Shown: one piece after another, positions 13,476-27,899 of the stretch | Layout of the letters: every line of letters begins with the position of its first letter | How positions within the stretch are numbered: the stretch's first letter is position 1 | Made by a program: the position numbers and the translations under genes | DNA from: Chrysomallon squamiferum | Lineage: Eukaryota > Animalia > Mollusca | Assembly (NCBI GenBank): GCA_012295275.1 | Contig: CM022679.1 | Span: forward strand, 8,680,001 to 8,744,000 | Direction of reading: 5' to 3' | Length of the DNA: 64,000 nucleotides | The notes under the pieces: generated by a model | Told to the model about the DNA's origin: nothing | Seen by the model: only the letters and a program-made list of their open reading frames with translations | The model's database searches: none

Positions 13476-16400
13476 ATCTGTGAAATTGAATGCTATTGAT
13501 TAAAACATTTTGTTAGTTTTCTAATTTCTATTTTCTTCTATTTCACTTTTCACATGTACCTTTTTATATCTGCTATTCAGTTTCATATTCAAATTTTCCA
13601 CCCTAGGTATTTTCTATGTAGTTTAATTTTCTAGCGGTGTAGAATATCAGCTAATATTTATCTTTGTTCAAGGAAAAAAAGTTAAATAAAAATAAACATA
13701 TGTTAATATAATAATAATAATAATAATAATAATAAGGATTAATAAAAAAAAATAATAATTAAATAAATAAATAAAAATAAACAGAATTTTTTTTCCATAT
13801 TGACTATGAAATTGAATGTAATTGATTAAAACATTCTATTACAGTGGTAAAAAAGTTTAAACTAAACAAGTACAGCAATAAATATATAATATAATATGTG
13901 CCATTATGTACTTCATAATAATAATAATAAGATTTTACATTTAATAAATGATAATAATAAAAAAAAATTCAAAAAAAAAAAATTCAAAGAGAGATTATAA
14001 AGATTATTGTCATGAAAAATGAAATATTAGCACTACTGCATTACACTGAATATTTTTCTTTTTTATTAAAATGAAACTCTCATGACTGATGGAATATTAA
14101 AATTAATTAATAAACAATGAAAGCATTAACAAATATGATGTGGATAATAATCTAATATTGGTTAATAAAATTTAATGAAGATAACATAAGAAAATGAATC
14201 ATTACCTGAAATAAAATAAATTCTTTCTCATCAACTGTAACTTGTCAAACTGAAACCAACATTTGACCTTAGACCTTGATGTTGGTAGAACCCACTGATG
14301 TTTTATTATTATTTTCCAACTGAAATTTTATTTTTATTTATTTATTCTTTTATCCTGGCTGAGATATAAATTGAGGTATTGAACCATTTATCAGTCCTAC
14401 AGAAATCAAGAGAATTCAGAAAACCAATCAATTTTGAAATTATTTGTTTCAGTTTACTTTCATTTTAATTTATTACTCTGACTAAAAAAACTATCAGTAT
14501 TTTTAAGTATTTTAAGTTAATTATTAATGATCAAATAGTCACTGCTATAGAAGTTTTTAATCTGTTTTTGTTAAATAATTTCATAATATATCTTATATTT
14601 CAAGTAAAGATTCAGTCTATATCCAGAAATCTAAACCATCTCTGGTCTCAAGTTTGCCAGATAAACCACTCAGTATCTCTGAATGTAAATGAAAATAAAA
14701 AAAAACACAAAAAAAAAACACACAATCTAATCAAACTTTTTAAAATAAATAAATAAATAAATAAATACATAAATAACAAAAAATTAACAACCCATAAATA
14801 AATAATAATAATAAATAAATATGTTGTTGAAAATATTTATATTCTGTATGTGAAATACACCTGTGTACAGGAGATGACAGACTGTAATTTAGTGGTTGGA
14901 TTTGTGCAGAAACACAACAGATCAGAGGATCAATTCTATTCATTTCCTAGCAATTATCAACAGGATTTTTTTCTGGAGGGAAGTGCACTGTGCATCAGTG
15001 ATGAGATTTTTTGGGGAGGTAATGATGGTGTGATTGTCTTATTTTTAATTTTTTTAATTTAATTTGTTCAAAAACATTTTGTATTATTTCCATTGAATTT
15101 GCCAAGTTTATTTCGAAAACAACGAAACAAAGTTTTTTTTTTTTTTTTAAATTTTTCACTAATATTAAAATAACTGATATTCCAAACAAAATAGTCAATA
15201 TAACTATGGATGATTGTATTTCTGTTCCTTTATTTTCAAAAATATGCTGTTAGTATGTCTATATTATATTGGTAGTCAGGGATTATTTATAGAGTGAAGT
15301 AATTTTGACTACTATTACAGAATTAGTGTGAACTAGTGAAAACGTTTGTGAGCCCATAATTAAATATTTCAGTTACAGGTTATGTTGTTGTTTAATGATG
15401 GTTTAATGTGCTAAGAGAAACTGTAAACTTGACAAATATGCAGATGAATATCATTACATGTTTGAAAGTAATGATCCTGTATTATGAAATGCAAGAAAAG
15501 GTAAATCAGATAAATACATAAGACATCCTAATATATTTTCATATAATAATTCATTTAATAGCAAAAATATGTTTATATTAAAAAGGTTATGTTTTGTTAA
15601 AAGAACTATATCTCAGAGAGTGTGTCTTCCACGTTAAACTTCTACGTATGTGCATTTTAATTTTGTTATTATGTACAAATATATTTATGAAAAGAAATTA
15701 ACACTAACATAAATTACTACACTTAACGAATATATAACGTTTACAGAATTTCCTTATTTCCTAAATTCTGACAGTACATGCAAAGTCTGGCTTCAGGCAT
15801 ACAAAGCCTCCTCTGTGTATGCATTTAAACTGTCTGTAAAGGGTATGGCTGCGTTAGGTACATGAAAAAGGAGGTGCTTTTACTAGATAGTTCACAATGG
15901 CTGTATGAAGAACCTGAGCTCTCAGTGTTTCTTCATCTCTAATCCTAACCACTTCACGTTCTCGAGCTTTTAGTTTTTCTTGCAGACAAGCAATTTCCCT
16001 GTCTTTCTCTTTAACTATCTGTCGATGCTTCAACATTTCATCTGCAGAAAAAAAAATAATAATAATAATTTAAAAAAAAATCTCTGAATCGGGTATCATT
16101 TGAAAGGACTGAGAGACACTGAGATTGATACAGATTTGTATTCTTATAATTTTGCTCCTTTATATCGATCTGATAAACAGATTGCCAGACCAAATTTAAA
16201 ATCATAAAGATAAAGATTATGCTGTATATTGTAAAAAGATTACACAATTTACTTATCAGAAATACTAATTTAAAACATTTTTTATATATACATCACACAA
16301 TATATTATGTGCTTTTTCTCATCTGTATGAATTGCAACAATATTGTTATATGAAGAACTTGGCAATAACAGATGTGTAGTCATTAAATTGAGTTTGGTAA

Positions 16401-16750
16401 ATACTTATTTATTGTTTGACGAGAAGTCGGATGAAAATACAAAATGAAATCTGAAACACTAATTATTTTAACTGAATTTCTTTTTTATAAGCAGTACTGA
16501 ATTGTCTGGCTTTTTGGTGCTTTTGGTTTTCTCTTCCTATCCTTAACTATTTTTTTTCTAATTTTGTTTTAATTAGTTTTTTCTGTTTCATATTTTTCAA
16601 TTTTTTGTGTTATTCTTCATAGTTTAGTGGGATTTTCTCCTCTTATTTATTCTCCTTTTTCATTTTTTTAAAATCTTCTTTTTTTGCATAGTAATAAACT
16701 TGCATGACACTTCTTTGTCAACCTTTGAGAGTTTATTAGTACTTTGCATC
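12600..16750. repeat. Segmental duplication, paralogous to ~30430-34980
   Basis: Colinear shared blocks: atctgtgaaattgaatgctattga at ~13476 and ~31208; ccagaaatctaaaccatctc at ~14622 and ~32621; the LRRC45 last exon at 15854 and 34085. Confidence 0.9.
14195..14300 (-). promoter_or_regulatory. Diverged copy of the AG|GT leader module
   Basis: Minus strand CTAAGGTCAAATGTTGGTTTCAGTTTGACAAGTTACAGTTGATGAGAAAGAATTTATTTTATTTCAG|GTAATG, junction at 14206/14205. Contains an Inr-like TCAGTT. Confidence 0.45.
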
Positions 16751-19700
16751 AGATATTATTTATAGAGTGAAGTAATTTAAGAAAACGTGTTAGGTGAAGT
16801 TATCAACATTGCAATGATTAGCAATGACTATTAATACAGAATTAGTGTGAACTAGTGCAAAAGTTTGTGAGTCTATAATTAAGTATTTCAGTTATGGGAC
16901 AAATGATGATACTGTAATGATAAGGAAAGATTAAAACATAGAAAAAGTCATAACTCTTATTGTTCACAGAAACCAAATATTGAAAATTTGATAAAAAAAA
17001 CGTTTCCATCTCACTAACCGATATAATCTCCTTCAGCAATCAGACATTAATGAACTTGATATCTCACTGATGATTCAGGTTTTTGATGATGTCATTGTAG
17101 TGATGTGTATAACATTTTTGCAAACAAAAACATTAAGCAGTGAAAAACCTAATAAACATATTTTTCTTAAGTTGCACTCCAGATAATAATTTTTACTTGA
17201 TGATCAAATTTATTAAGGGACCTGAACATTGAGAATGTCCCTACATACCATCACACTGAGATCCTTTGAGTTTCAGTTCGGCCTGAAGATGAGTCAGTTT
17301 TTCTTTGAGATCATAAATCTCTTCTTGCTGATTCTTGTATTTCCTCTCGAGATCTTCACACTGCAACAATGAAGATTACATCAGAAATAACTGAAAATAA
17401 CTACTGAACTAGTTATTATATAATGGAAAAGATTAGGTTGTTTATCTTATCTAGTTCACTGAATTCATTGTGATATGCTTAACAATGATGAGGTTCAAGT
17501 TATTTTTTATTATCCTTCAAGAGTTTTATTTGTTGCAGGGACCCAATGTTTTTTAATAATAAAGACGCACAATAACACAGCAAAACTGTTACTGGTATAT
17601 TTACCAACATAATTGTTACATTAAACCCTTTTCAAAGTTATTTCAAAAACAGATATTTAATTTAATTTCTCCTTTACTGAATACTTCTTAAATGTTGTTA
17701 TTGTAAACAAACAATAGTTTTTATGTAAAAAATTAAGAGCATTAAGCTAATTAAAGTGAAATAAACTGAATATGTCTAATAATGTTTTACCTTCATTCTA
17801 AGCTGTTTGTTTTTATCATTACTCTCAGACAACTCTCTCAGTAGTTTCATTTCCTCTGTGGCTCTGTTCTGAAATAATTTGTAACTCAAATTTCAAATCT
17901 TTCCACTAAAATCAAAACATAATAATTTTGTTTTAGTCATGAAGGCGAACTTCCAAAGACAGAGTTTGTCTTATAATTATTAACCAAAAGGAAATAAATT
18001 ATTTGACACTGCAGATGTTAATTTTGTGTTCCTATCAAAGCAATATTACTGACTGTGATCACATGAAATAAAAGAAGTTAAACGCTTGTCTCTCTTAAGT
18101 ATATTTTCACACAGAAAGCATAACACAAAAAAATCTGAGAATTAGTTTAAATGCCTGTTTATAAAATCTGTTTTTCTTATGGACAGATGTTTATAATGGA
18201 ATAATACACAAGATAAAAACAGGCTTCATAAATGATGGTAAAGTTTTTTTTATAATTCATGAATAAATAATGTTTAATATTATTATTTATTTTTTGTAAA
18301 TTTATGACTGAAAAAATGAACTGTTTCACCTCTTTCTCTGTTTCTGCTATTTTGTGTTTTAAACAAGCTGTAACTGAGTCCTGGTCACGAAGTCTATGTT
18401 CAGCTAATGCCAACTCTGATTCTGTCATAGACAATCTGTAAAACAGTAAATATTACTGAAATAAAATATTAAATACTTCATCTAATAAAACAAATCATAT
18501 TTATTATAATGAAAAAAGAAAAAGAAAATAAACAAAAATAAAATAACATTGAAAGAAACATAACATCTGCCTCCATAAAGTCCAATAATGAAAACAAAAT
18601 CACAAGGAACAGCAAATACATTTATTTAATAAACTGACCGAAGAATCTGTTGTAACGGGTTTTCTGAGTATTAATATTAAAGTGTGCTGTCTTATTAAAC
18701 AAACTTTTGAATTTTTCAACTAACTTAGCTGCAAGAGAATTGAAGTCTTTTTTCTTTTCTTCCAAAGCTTCCTGTAACATTGAAATCGTGTGGGCTGAAC
18801 ATCTGAAAAAGCAAAAATAAAAAAAAAAAAAAATTAATTTCTCTTTAAGAAAATGTCCACAATTCAGGCTTCATAATAAAATAAGAGAAAACCTCGATTA
18901 ACTATTTATCAATTTCAAATTAAATATTCGACTTTTTGTCACCAAATTATTCTCGCAAAATTCTACAGTATATCTGGTTAATATTGTTTTCAACAATGGC
19001 TTATCAAAATGATTGTTAGGTGAATGATATTTCCTGTCTGAGATAAAACACTAGTGAATTATGTGAGCAGATATGCTTTCTAAAATTCTTATCTCAGTCT
19101 CAAGAGTATTTCAGTATAAAAAAAAAATATTATTTCGTTTTGCCTTTTTGCTTTGAATACAAGATCTTCTTGACAATCATTGGTATTTATTAAATCACAT
19201 ATCTGAAAATAAAAACACAAGATTACAACAATTAATTTATGTACATAGAAATAATAACAAAGGCACTCTATGGTTGTGTCTAATGCAAATAAACTAAGGA
19301 AATATATGGAGGCATCTGCAACTGTTCTAGAACATATTCCCTTCCCTTTTATTAAATATACAGAAATTCCCTCAAAGATGGCGTAAAATGAATCTATATA
19401 CATCCTGAGTTTTAAACTTTTCTCAGGGGTGGACTGCAGAAACCCAAAACTTAGGCATAATGCTAAACATTTTCTGGATACCACTGTAATAATGCTTTAG
19501 TAAAGAAAGAGACAAATATCGAAAAATCATATGTTCACAGTAAAAAATACTATCTGTTCAGAAATCTTTTAATAAGAAACACTTGTAATAAAGATTTATG
19601 GTGAATTATTAAATTAAAAAAAAATCCATCAAATACAATTGAAGGTTTTCTTTCTTTTTTCTGTCATGGCTGTTTCATGTAACAGTAAAAAAGAAATTGC

Positions 19701-22700
19701 AGATACCTGTGTACATTTGTCCACTTCAGTCTGCTTGATATGTCTGGTCAGTGTTCTTGTTTGTTTTGTATATTCATCAGTTAACAGCTGTCGATCTGCA
19801 TTATTGGATATAGCAGTCTCTGAAAGAACAATTAGCTAATTTTTAATTTAATTTAATTTTTTTTAATACCACAAGACATATATAAAATCAATTTTTTAAT
19901 TTTGTATAACCTCACATTTTGTAATTCAAAGAAGAAGTAAGATTAATGTAGAGTTTTTTGTATTCCTAATCCTTTAGACTTAAACAATTCTAGATTTGCA
20001 TTTCATCACAATTTGTAATTTAAAGAAGAACTTTGTTTTTTAGATTTTCATAATATAAACCCTTTAGACTTTTACAATTCTACATATTCATTTTATTACA
20101 ATTTGTAATTTGAGTAGGAAAAAAATATTTCAGGTTTTCATATTCTAAACCCTTTAGACTTTTAGAATTAATGGACACACAATAAAGTTTCAAGACTTAC
20201 TAGCATATATGAGTTGGTGTATTCTAATTATAAAATAAATATTTATTTTAAAATAGCTGAACATATTTCACTAAGTCATGTGGTAACGTGATTTTTTTAT
20301 GTATGTAACATAAGTAAACATTTTCTAATCTCTCACAAAAAATGTTTGAATATTTCACTTGTAACAAACCTATAGATTTGAGAACATCTGATGGGATGTT
20401 GTTGCCAGCCAGCTCCAGTCTACTCAAAGTTTTATTAGTTTTTAGCATCTCAAGCATAGCACATCCACCCAAAAGTCCAATATTGTTCCATCGCAAGTCT
20501 AAAAAAAATGAAATCGTCTAAGTAAACCAGATGTTGGTTTTTTTCTGACATTTACTATTCTCCAGTTAAAAACAATATATAATTTAAAAAAAAAGAAAAA
20601 AGAAATGAACAAAAATGGTTGGGTATGTAATCATGGCCAGATTTAAGTAGAGGCCTATGTTAATATCATTTAAATTTTTATATAATAAAATAATATACTA
20701 AAACAGGGCCTATAAAGCTTATTGTAAATCAGTACTTCTCTGCTTGTTTCTGTGTGTGTGTTATGCTTGTCTTCTTTTCAGGTTTAGCTCATGTTAATGA
20801 AATAAAAATATATTTCAAACCTAATGTGTTAAGTAAGTAAAGAAAATGATTTTATTACCTAATGCTTTCAGGCAACAGTTCCATTTGAGATTTGCTGCTA
20901 ATTCTGCTGCACCTCCATGGTTAATCTGATTGTTTCTCAAGTCCAGTTCCTGGAGATTCCTGTTACAGCCCAAAGCACTACAGAAAACAGCAAAAGAATC
21001 TTCCAGCATGCCTAGAGCATTCCATTTAAGACATAAACTGAAACAAAATGGCAACATTTAACAATAAAGAATATTAAAACAAATGTCATTGTTACAAGCA
21101 GATTATCATTTAATCGAAAAGAGGAGAAATGACCAGCCGAATATTCCTACCATATATTCCATATAACACTAATGAACTTACACTGAAGAAAAGTTTCAGT
21201 AAATTAACAAGAAAGAAAAATACAAAAGGTTTGATAAAGTTTAACTAACAAACCTTGTCAAAGTGTTATTTTTCTGTAGCATCTTTCCAACTGCTTCAGC
21301 TCCTGAACCATGAATATTATTACCCTGAAAAAAAAAAAGACAGAAAAAAAACTAAATAATTCAAAAAACAATTACTTTTTATTTTTTTAAATCTATGTAC
21401 TATAAAATCTTGTCTGGAAACCAACCCCCCAAATTCTCTATGGCATGTAAATAACCTAAAAAAACCCACTAATTTCCAGACAACAATCAACATTTACCAA
21501 ACCCAAACAACATTCTGTCTGTACTTAATATCACCACTCTGTTCAGGGAAGGGGAGGAAAATCATGTAACTGGTCTTAACATAATTTTGTGATAATGTAT
21601 TGTAATGACATAATACAAAAATTAAATGATCTTTAAGTCATATTTAATTAAAGGTTAGTTTATTTTTTTTATCCTAATAAATATCTATATTGCATTTCAA
21701 GTAATGCATAACTTTTAAAAATAAAAATAAATACATTACACAAATTACAATTTACTACTGAATTTTCACAAAACTATACCTTCAGATCCAGCTTCTTGCA
21801 ATACGAGTTGATGGAAAGTCCATGACAAATTTCCCTGATTGCTGAAAGAAAAAAAAAAATCTGTTGTTGAAAGTTTTTTCAAATTTAATATGAAATGAAA
21901 TATTAATATTAACTTGGGATGAAAATTTATATACAAACAAACATACAAACACAAATAAATAATATATAATATACATATTGCACTGAAACAAAAGTTTGTA
22001 ACATTTTCACGTATGACTTAAATATACGACATATTCTGAAATGTAAACAAAATGGCACAAAATATATGGCTGATTAAAACTATGTACAGATATCTCTAGA
22101 ATATCTTTAATTCCAACCCAGTAAAAATAATGCATATATACAAATACTAATATATTCTCCTTCATGTGGCAATGTTATATTTTAAATTAAATTTCAAAAG
22201 GTTAATGTTGTATAGTTTTGTTTTAGCTTAATCATTTTCCACGTGATTTTCTGTTTACCTGTCTCTGACTAAAACTGATGAAGATTTGTAATTCATTAGA
22301 AGTTAACAGATAATATAAACTCATCCTTAGTGATGCCTGTGATGCCTGTAGACTACCATAGTTCATAAATGTGGGTAAAACAAGAACAAAACAAAGCACA
22401 AAAATGTTTAAGAGAATAAAACTGTGTACCCAAATCCTGCAGTGTTAGCATCAAGCCTGAATACCCATACTGCTATGCTGTAGATAACACATAAATAAAT
22501 GGATGCATGTGTAGAAACAATGATAAATAAAAAAAGGAAATATTTTGTTTTATATTTAAATTATGAAAAAATTATGAAAATTATGTTATTACCATCTTGA
22601 TTCAACATGCAGTCTGAAAACTTTATTTCAACGTAGGTGTGGTCACATGACAACAGCTTTCCAAGTTCTGCACAGGTTTTATCTGACAGACAGTTAGCAG

Positions 22701-23522
22701 ATAAATCAAGTACAGCTTTGTCACAACATAAACTGTTAAACAAAACAACAATTTAAAACAACAACAACAGTTTTGATTGTTTCAAATTAAAACATTACTG
22801 TATAATACTTTATAAACTTTATAATTGTTATTTTTTCTCTGTGACTCTCTTTAACTCTCTCTCATTCTTGCAATCTTGAGGAGAGAACCAGACTTTTAAT
22901 TTCATAAAAATAAATATTATAAGATGTCATGAACAATCCAGCAAATTTTATTAATAAAATATTTTCTCATTTGTAAAAAAGCAGTAATATAACAAACAGG
23001 ATTATGCTTTACAAGTGTGTTACATGACCATTTTGAAAGAACAAAATTATTAATAAAAAAAAATAATGATCTGACTAAAATAACTTTTTAATATGCTTGG
23101 TTGATTTTAATGTGCTTAATTTTCAGATTCATCTAACAATTACAAACAAAATCAATAATTTAAACTTTATCTAAATGAACATGAAATTTATGAATATTAA
23201 TTATATATTTAATGTGTGTGTTTAATTATATATGTGAATATTTCTTAAAAACAAAAAACAAACAAAAAAACAAACAAAGATGAAAACAAAAATAAAAAAC
23301 AAAATCAAACAAATAACCATGACAGTTAAATGCTGATGTATTTTTTGTATCTTTGTCCGTCGGGAATTTATTTCTATTTCACTGAACACTGAATCTGAAT
23401 TTTAAGGTAGGAAAGCAGTAAGATTTTCTCTCTAACCTTTTCAGTTTGTGCAAAACACAGTCTCGAACGTCAACATGGTTGTCCTTACATAAATGTAAAT
23501 ATATGTGTTGACAATCATCCAT
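15854..23522 (-). CDS. LRRC45: LRRC45 paralogue A; exons 13-16 lost, predicted in-frame 466 aa protein
   Basis: Exons: 23522-23437, 22732-22593, 21841-21780, 21324-21254, 21037-20859, 20498-20370, 19819-19707, 19202-19144 (GC donor), 18802-18725, 18435-18330, 17868-17791, 17360-17249, then 16041-15854. The motifs [45 protein letters not shown] and [13 protein letters not shown] match recalled LRRC45 motifs ([42 protein letters not shown]). No stop codons were seen in these exons. Confidence 0.75.
19955..20165. repeat. Degenerate three-copy intronic minisatellite (core ctaaaccctttagacttt) in LRRC45 intron 6; also at ~51790-51995
   Basis: cctttagact recurs at ~19971, 20061 and 20151, alternating with atttgtaatt-like motifs. 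Confidence 0.7.
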
Positions 23523-23706
23523 TCTGAAAAGAAATAGCTTTCTGCAAAAAAAAAAAAAAAAAAAAAAAAAATAAAAATAATAATAATTTAAAAAAAAAAA
23601 AAATAAATAAATATATATATTATTTTTAAATTTATTTTAATTTTTATTTTTTATTTATTTTTTTTTTTTTTTCCAGGAATATATATAAATAAAGAAATAA
23701 TAATAA

Positions 23707-25301
23707 TGGCAACTTTACTGTGTTCATTTTCATACAATTTAGTACTAATGGTATAATGACACGTTTAAAATATTTTGATTACCCAAATGTCCTTCGTTTT
23801 TAGCTTGTCGATATTTGTTTACAGCTCTCATCTTTTCCAGACATAAATTTACTTCAGAGTTCTCAAAGAAAGTGAAAGCTTCTTCACTGGAAAATAAAAT
23901 ATATGGAAACAGGTTCAGAACAAAACTATTTTTTTCTACATGAAAAAATATTCTGCTTATTATTATTGTTATTTTTATTTTTACTTTGGGTAATATTATT
24001 GTACACGTTTAAATAAATACAGTTTGAATACGACATTTATATAACCATTAGTCCAGATTTCATTTACTTGGATATTTTGGTTAGGTTAGGCGTATTCATC
24101 ATATTGCATGCAAACTGTTAGGAAGTATTCTGTGTTCAGTGACTAAGATTACAAATATAATGAATGTTTCTCTTTTGCTTATATAAACTTTATTTTTCTT
24201 TCTTTCCTTTTTCTAAAATTGAATATCAGTTACAACTCGGGACAACTTTAACTAACAATGCATCAAATAAAATCAAAGATAAATTGCTCAGAAAGAGGAC
24301 CTTAATGGAGCATCATAGGAAGGAACATAATTAACAGCACTCTTTTCAAAAACATTATGAAAGTAAAGCATCCTTATTTTCAATATGGCACTGATTAGCA
24401 ATTTAAATACACTTTCCATTTCAGAAATTCGGTTTCATTATGATGCACGTAATCAGCCTTTCCAAAATGTTCACATATTTGGAATTAACAGAACGCAATC
24501 GGAATAGTAAGTAATTAATAATGTGTAACATTTATCACTATAATGCAGATCTTTAAAATTAAATATCTACTAAAATAACAAAATAAACAATTGAGTTATT
24601 AATTATTTTAAGTTCAGTTGACAGTTATTACTATGACTTTGTGTCACCGTGTTCTTCATGTAGGCCAGTAAGGATAGTTAAGCACATTATTATTAGCACA
24701 GAGGTTATACTCCAAAGATTGGTCTAATCACTTTGAGTGTTATTTGAAACATTTGAATATATTCTTTAACAATATAATGTACTATTTTTTTATTTATTAT
24801 TATTATTATTATTTTTTTTTTATAGAAATGGATGATTTTAAACACACATATGTAGTAAAAACAGAAAATATATTTCAACTGCTATTCAAAACCATATTGA
24901 AAACAAGGTCGCATTACGTTTGTAGTGGTTTTGAAAAACGAGTTCTTTTAATTATGCACCTTTCTATGATGTGCCAATAAGGTCTATATTTCTCCGAAAG
25001 TTATCTTCGATTTTATTCGATGCATGGTTAATTAAAGCTGTATCGATTTGCAAATGAATACCAAAATAAATAAATAAATAAATAAATAAATAAAGTTTAC
25101 ATAGGCAAAACAGAAACATTCATTATATTTGTAATCTTAGTCACTGAACACGGAATACTTCCGAATAGTTTTCATGCAATATGAACATCATGAATGTGCC
25201 TAACCGTACCAAAATATCCAGGTAAACGAAAACAGCACTAATGGATTAATGTCTTATTCGAACTGTATTTGTTTGAATCGTGTACAATAATGTCACCAAA
25301 A

Positions 25302-25337
<36 letters not shown>

Positions 25338-25593
25338 TGCAAAATATTTTTCATGTAGAAAGAGGAAGTTTTGTCCCGAACCTGTTTCCATACATTTTGT
25401 CTTCCTGTGACGAAACTTTCACGTTCTTTGGGAACTCTGAAGTAAACTTATGTGTGGAAAAGACGTAACGAGAGTTGTAAACAAATGTCGACAAGTTAAA
25501 GGAGATGGACGTTTGGGTAATGAAAATATTTTTAAATCTGTCGTTACACTATTAATACTAAATTGTATGAAAATGAACCCAGTAAAGTCTCCA
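23707..25593. repeat. Long diverged inverted repeat upstream of the copy A ATG exon (arms ~23707-24631 and ~24852-25593)
   Basis: ggaagtattctgtgttcagtgactaagattacaaatataatgaatgtttc (24121) is the near reverse complement of gaaacattcattatatttgtaatcttagtcactgaacacggaatacttcc (~25113). The right arm lacks about 0.2 kb near its inner end. Confidence 0.92.
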
Positions 25594-25594
25594 A

Positions 25595-25720
25595 AGTCAG
25601 TGCGTAAAAGCAGCGTAATAGCAGCTTGAAGATGTTTGTTTGTATGATCACGGAAAACATCAACAACAAATTCAAATACACGTACATGTAAACACGTCCA
25701 CACACAACAATAACAAATTT
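25595..25720 (-). promoter_or_regulatory. Candidate core promoter/5' region of LRRC45 copy A (paralogues at ~43540-43665 and ~57012-57140)
   Basis: A locally CpG-richer block, conserved in three copies, upstream of the ATG exon. Contains cacggaaaac, acatgtaaacacgtcc and acaataacaa motifs. The ATG exon begins with a splice acceptor, so an upstream non-coding exon is required. Confidence 0.4.
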
Positions 25721-26344
25721 ATGTTGTTAATATTTAATTTATTAGCAATTATATCTGTGATGTGTGAAGTATATCAAATAATTTTATATTATATGCACAT
25801 CATATTATGTTATTAATTTAATAGTTCATATAATGCAAATGCTTTCATTATTATTATTTTAATATGTTTTAAATAGTTTAAAATATTATTTCTTCATACT
25901 TTTAATTTATTTGTAAAAAATATTAAGTTTCGTTTACATTAAATCATTTAACTGTACCATTTAAAACATAATATGAGTTTTTTAAAAATACTACTAATAA
26001 TAAGATATATCTTTAACATAATAATAGAAAAAAGAAAAAAAGAAATATTAGTAATATGGAATTACAGTCATTGTTAAATAAATAAATAAAATCCAAATGA
26101 AAATAAAAACTATAAAAAGTATTTCCCCGTTAAATATAAAATTGAATGTAATTGAATAAAACATTTGTTATACAGCTAAAACGTTAAATTAAACAAATAG
26201 AACAAACTGTTATTAAACTGAAACTCTCATGACTAAAACCATATTGAATTTAATTGATAAACAATGAAAGCATTAATAAATCAAATGTGGACAATAATCT
26301 AATATTTGTTAATAAAATATAATGAAAATAACATAACAATCTAA

Positions 26345-26460
26345 TGAAATGTTACCTGAAATAAACTAAATGCTTCCTTGGCAACTAGAACTTGTGAAAC
26401 TTAAACCAACCTTCGACCTTTTACCTTCATATTGGCTCAAAACATTAGACAATGGGGGTT
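26345..26460 (-). promoter_or_regulatory. Diverged AG|GT leader module upstream of LRRC45 copy A
   Basis: Minus strand GAAGCATTTAGTTTATTTCAG|GTAACA at 26356/26355, with GAGCCAATA and AAGGTAAAAGGTCGAAGGTTGG upstream. Confidence 0.45.
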
Positions 26461-27899
26461 TCGTGCAGCATTTGTTATTATGAATGTCTCCGTGTTAAAC
26501 TTCCATGACTGTGCATTTTAACTTTTTTATTATGTATCTGTAATATATACTTCTTTGTACTGTAATCCTGCAGTTTATGAGAATAAAATCATTGTCATTG
26601 TTTTGTTTTCACGAGTAATTAGCCAACTTAAAGTAACCCATTTAACACAGAACGAGCTGAGTTGTAGGTTGAATAATAAAAACAAAAAGCATACATACAT
26701 TAAAAACATTTTTCTTTCTCTTCTCAAAATGATTCTTTCCAATATCATTTTATAATATTAAAAACATTAAATGTACCAAACTTAGAAGAAAAATATTCCT
26801 TTTTTTACCATGACATCAGTGTGTATTGGAAAAAATAAACTAATAATAATAAATAAATGAAAAAGTAAATAAAATAATAATAATTTCGAAGACATGGAAT
26901 AATTAAGGACATGGTTCACAACCAAATCTTTTTAACAATCATAAAGGCTGCTTTCTATAAAAAAAAATCAGTAATTTTTTTTATTTTTACTATAATAGGA
27001 ATAACAGGTACCATTCTGAAAAGACAAAACTATATCAAAGATGTTTGCATACAAAATTCAAGCAGTGAGAGAGAAAGAACGCTTGAGACAGAGTGCTTAA
27101 CAGAATCTGCTCACTGGTTGTTATCAATTCAGTCTTATGCCATTCAAAATACAATATGTAAAGAAAAATGTATAAATAATATCTTTTCTGACATTTTTGT
27201 TCTAGTGCATTAATGATATCAGTCATTTTGGAACAATGAATGCTCCATCCTATTATCTGTAGGCAATGAACAGTCCCTTGATAAAATTGATAAAAGTTGC
27301 ACGTGTGCATTTGAACAAAATATTTTTTTTTTCAAAGTTGCTGATACTACAGCTCTATATACTGAATATTTATAATGCATATGTCTATCTTGTCAAAATC
27401 ATTCATAAATGTATCTTTAAAATTAAAAAAACCTGTTTATAATCTGTATGATTACAATGGAAAATAAATGTTTTCAATAAAAACAAATTTCAGACTAACT
27501 GCACTAGTAACTGTGACAAAAAAGTGTGTGAACTAGACACACAGTGTTGAACATTCATTTTCCTCATTTTTAAAAAGGAAATAAATATTTCTAAGATGCA
27601 GAAATTACTACTTATTCGGACTATTAATGGGTTTATTTTATTAAACATCTTTTTAATAAAATTATATATATATGAGTTGCTAATTATACAAGAGTAAATA
27701 CCTACAAAAATGAATTATGTATATATATGTTTTTGAAAAGCGAATAAATTTAAAACTAATATAAATTATTAAATTTAATGGATAGAGAACATTTACAGAA
27801 ACCGTATTTCCTAAAATCTGACATGCAAACTCTGGCATTACGCATACAAAGCCTCCTCTATGTATGTATATTTAAATATCTGTAAGGTATATGGCTACA

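Noticed and set aside
17030-17110. Box C/D-like TGATGA and CTGA motifs in intron 12
   Set aside because: TGATGA is on the strand antisense to the host gene, and there is no proper C...D arrangement with a terminal stem.
19089-19484. 131-aa [15 protein letters not shown]... (also 38943-39284)
   Set aside because: This is LRRC45 intron 7 sequence read into exon 8, with a non-ATG start. It is broken by a stop in copy D, and recent duplication explains the similarity between copies.
24080-24090. TTAGGTTAGG as an interstitial arthropod-type telomeric repeat
   Set aside because: Only two units, inside an inverted-repeat arm, so not informative.
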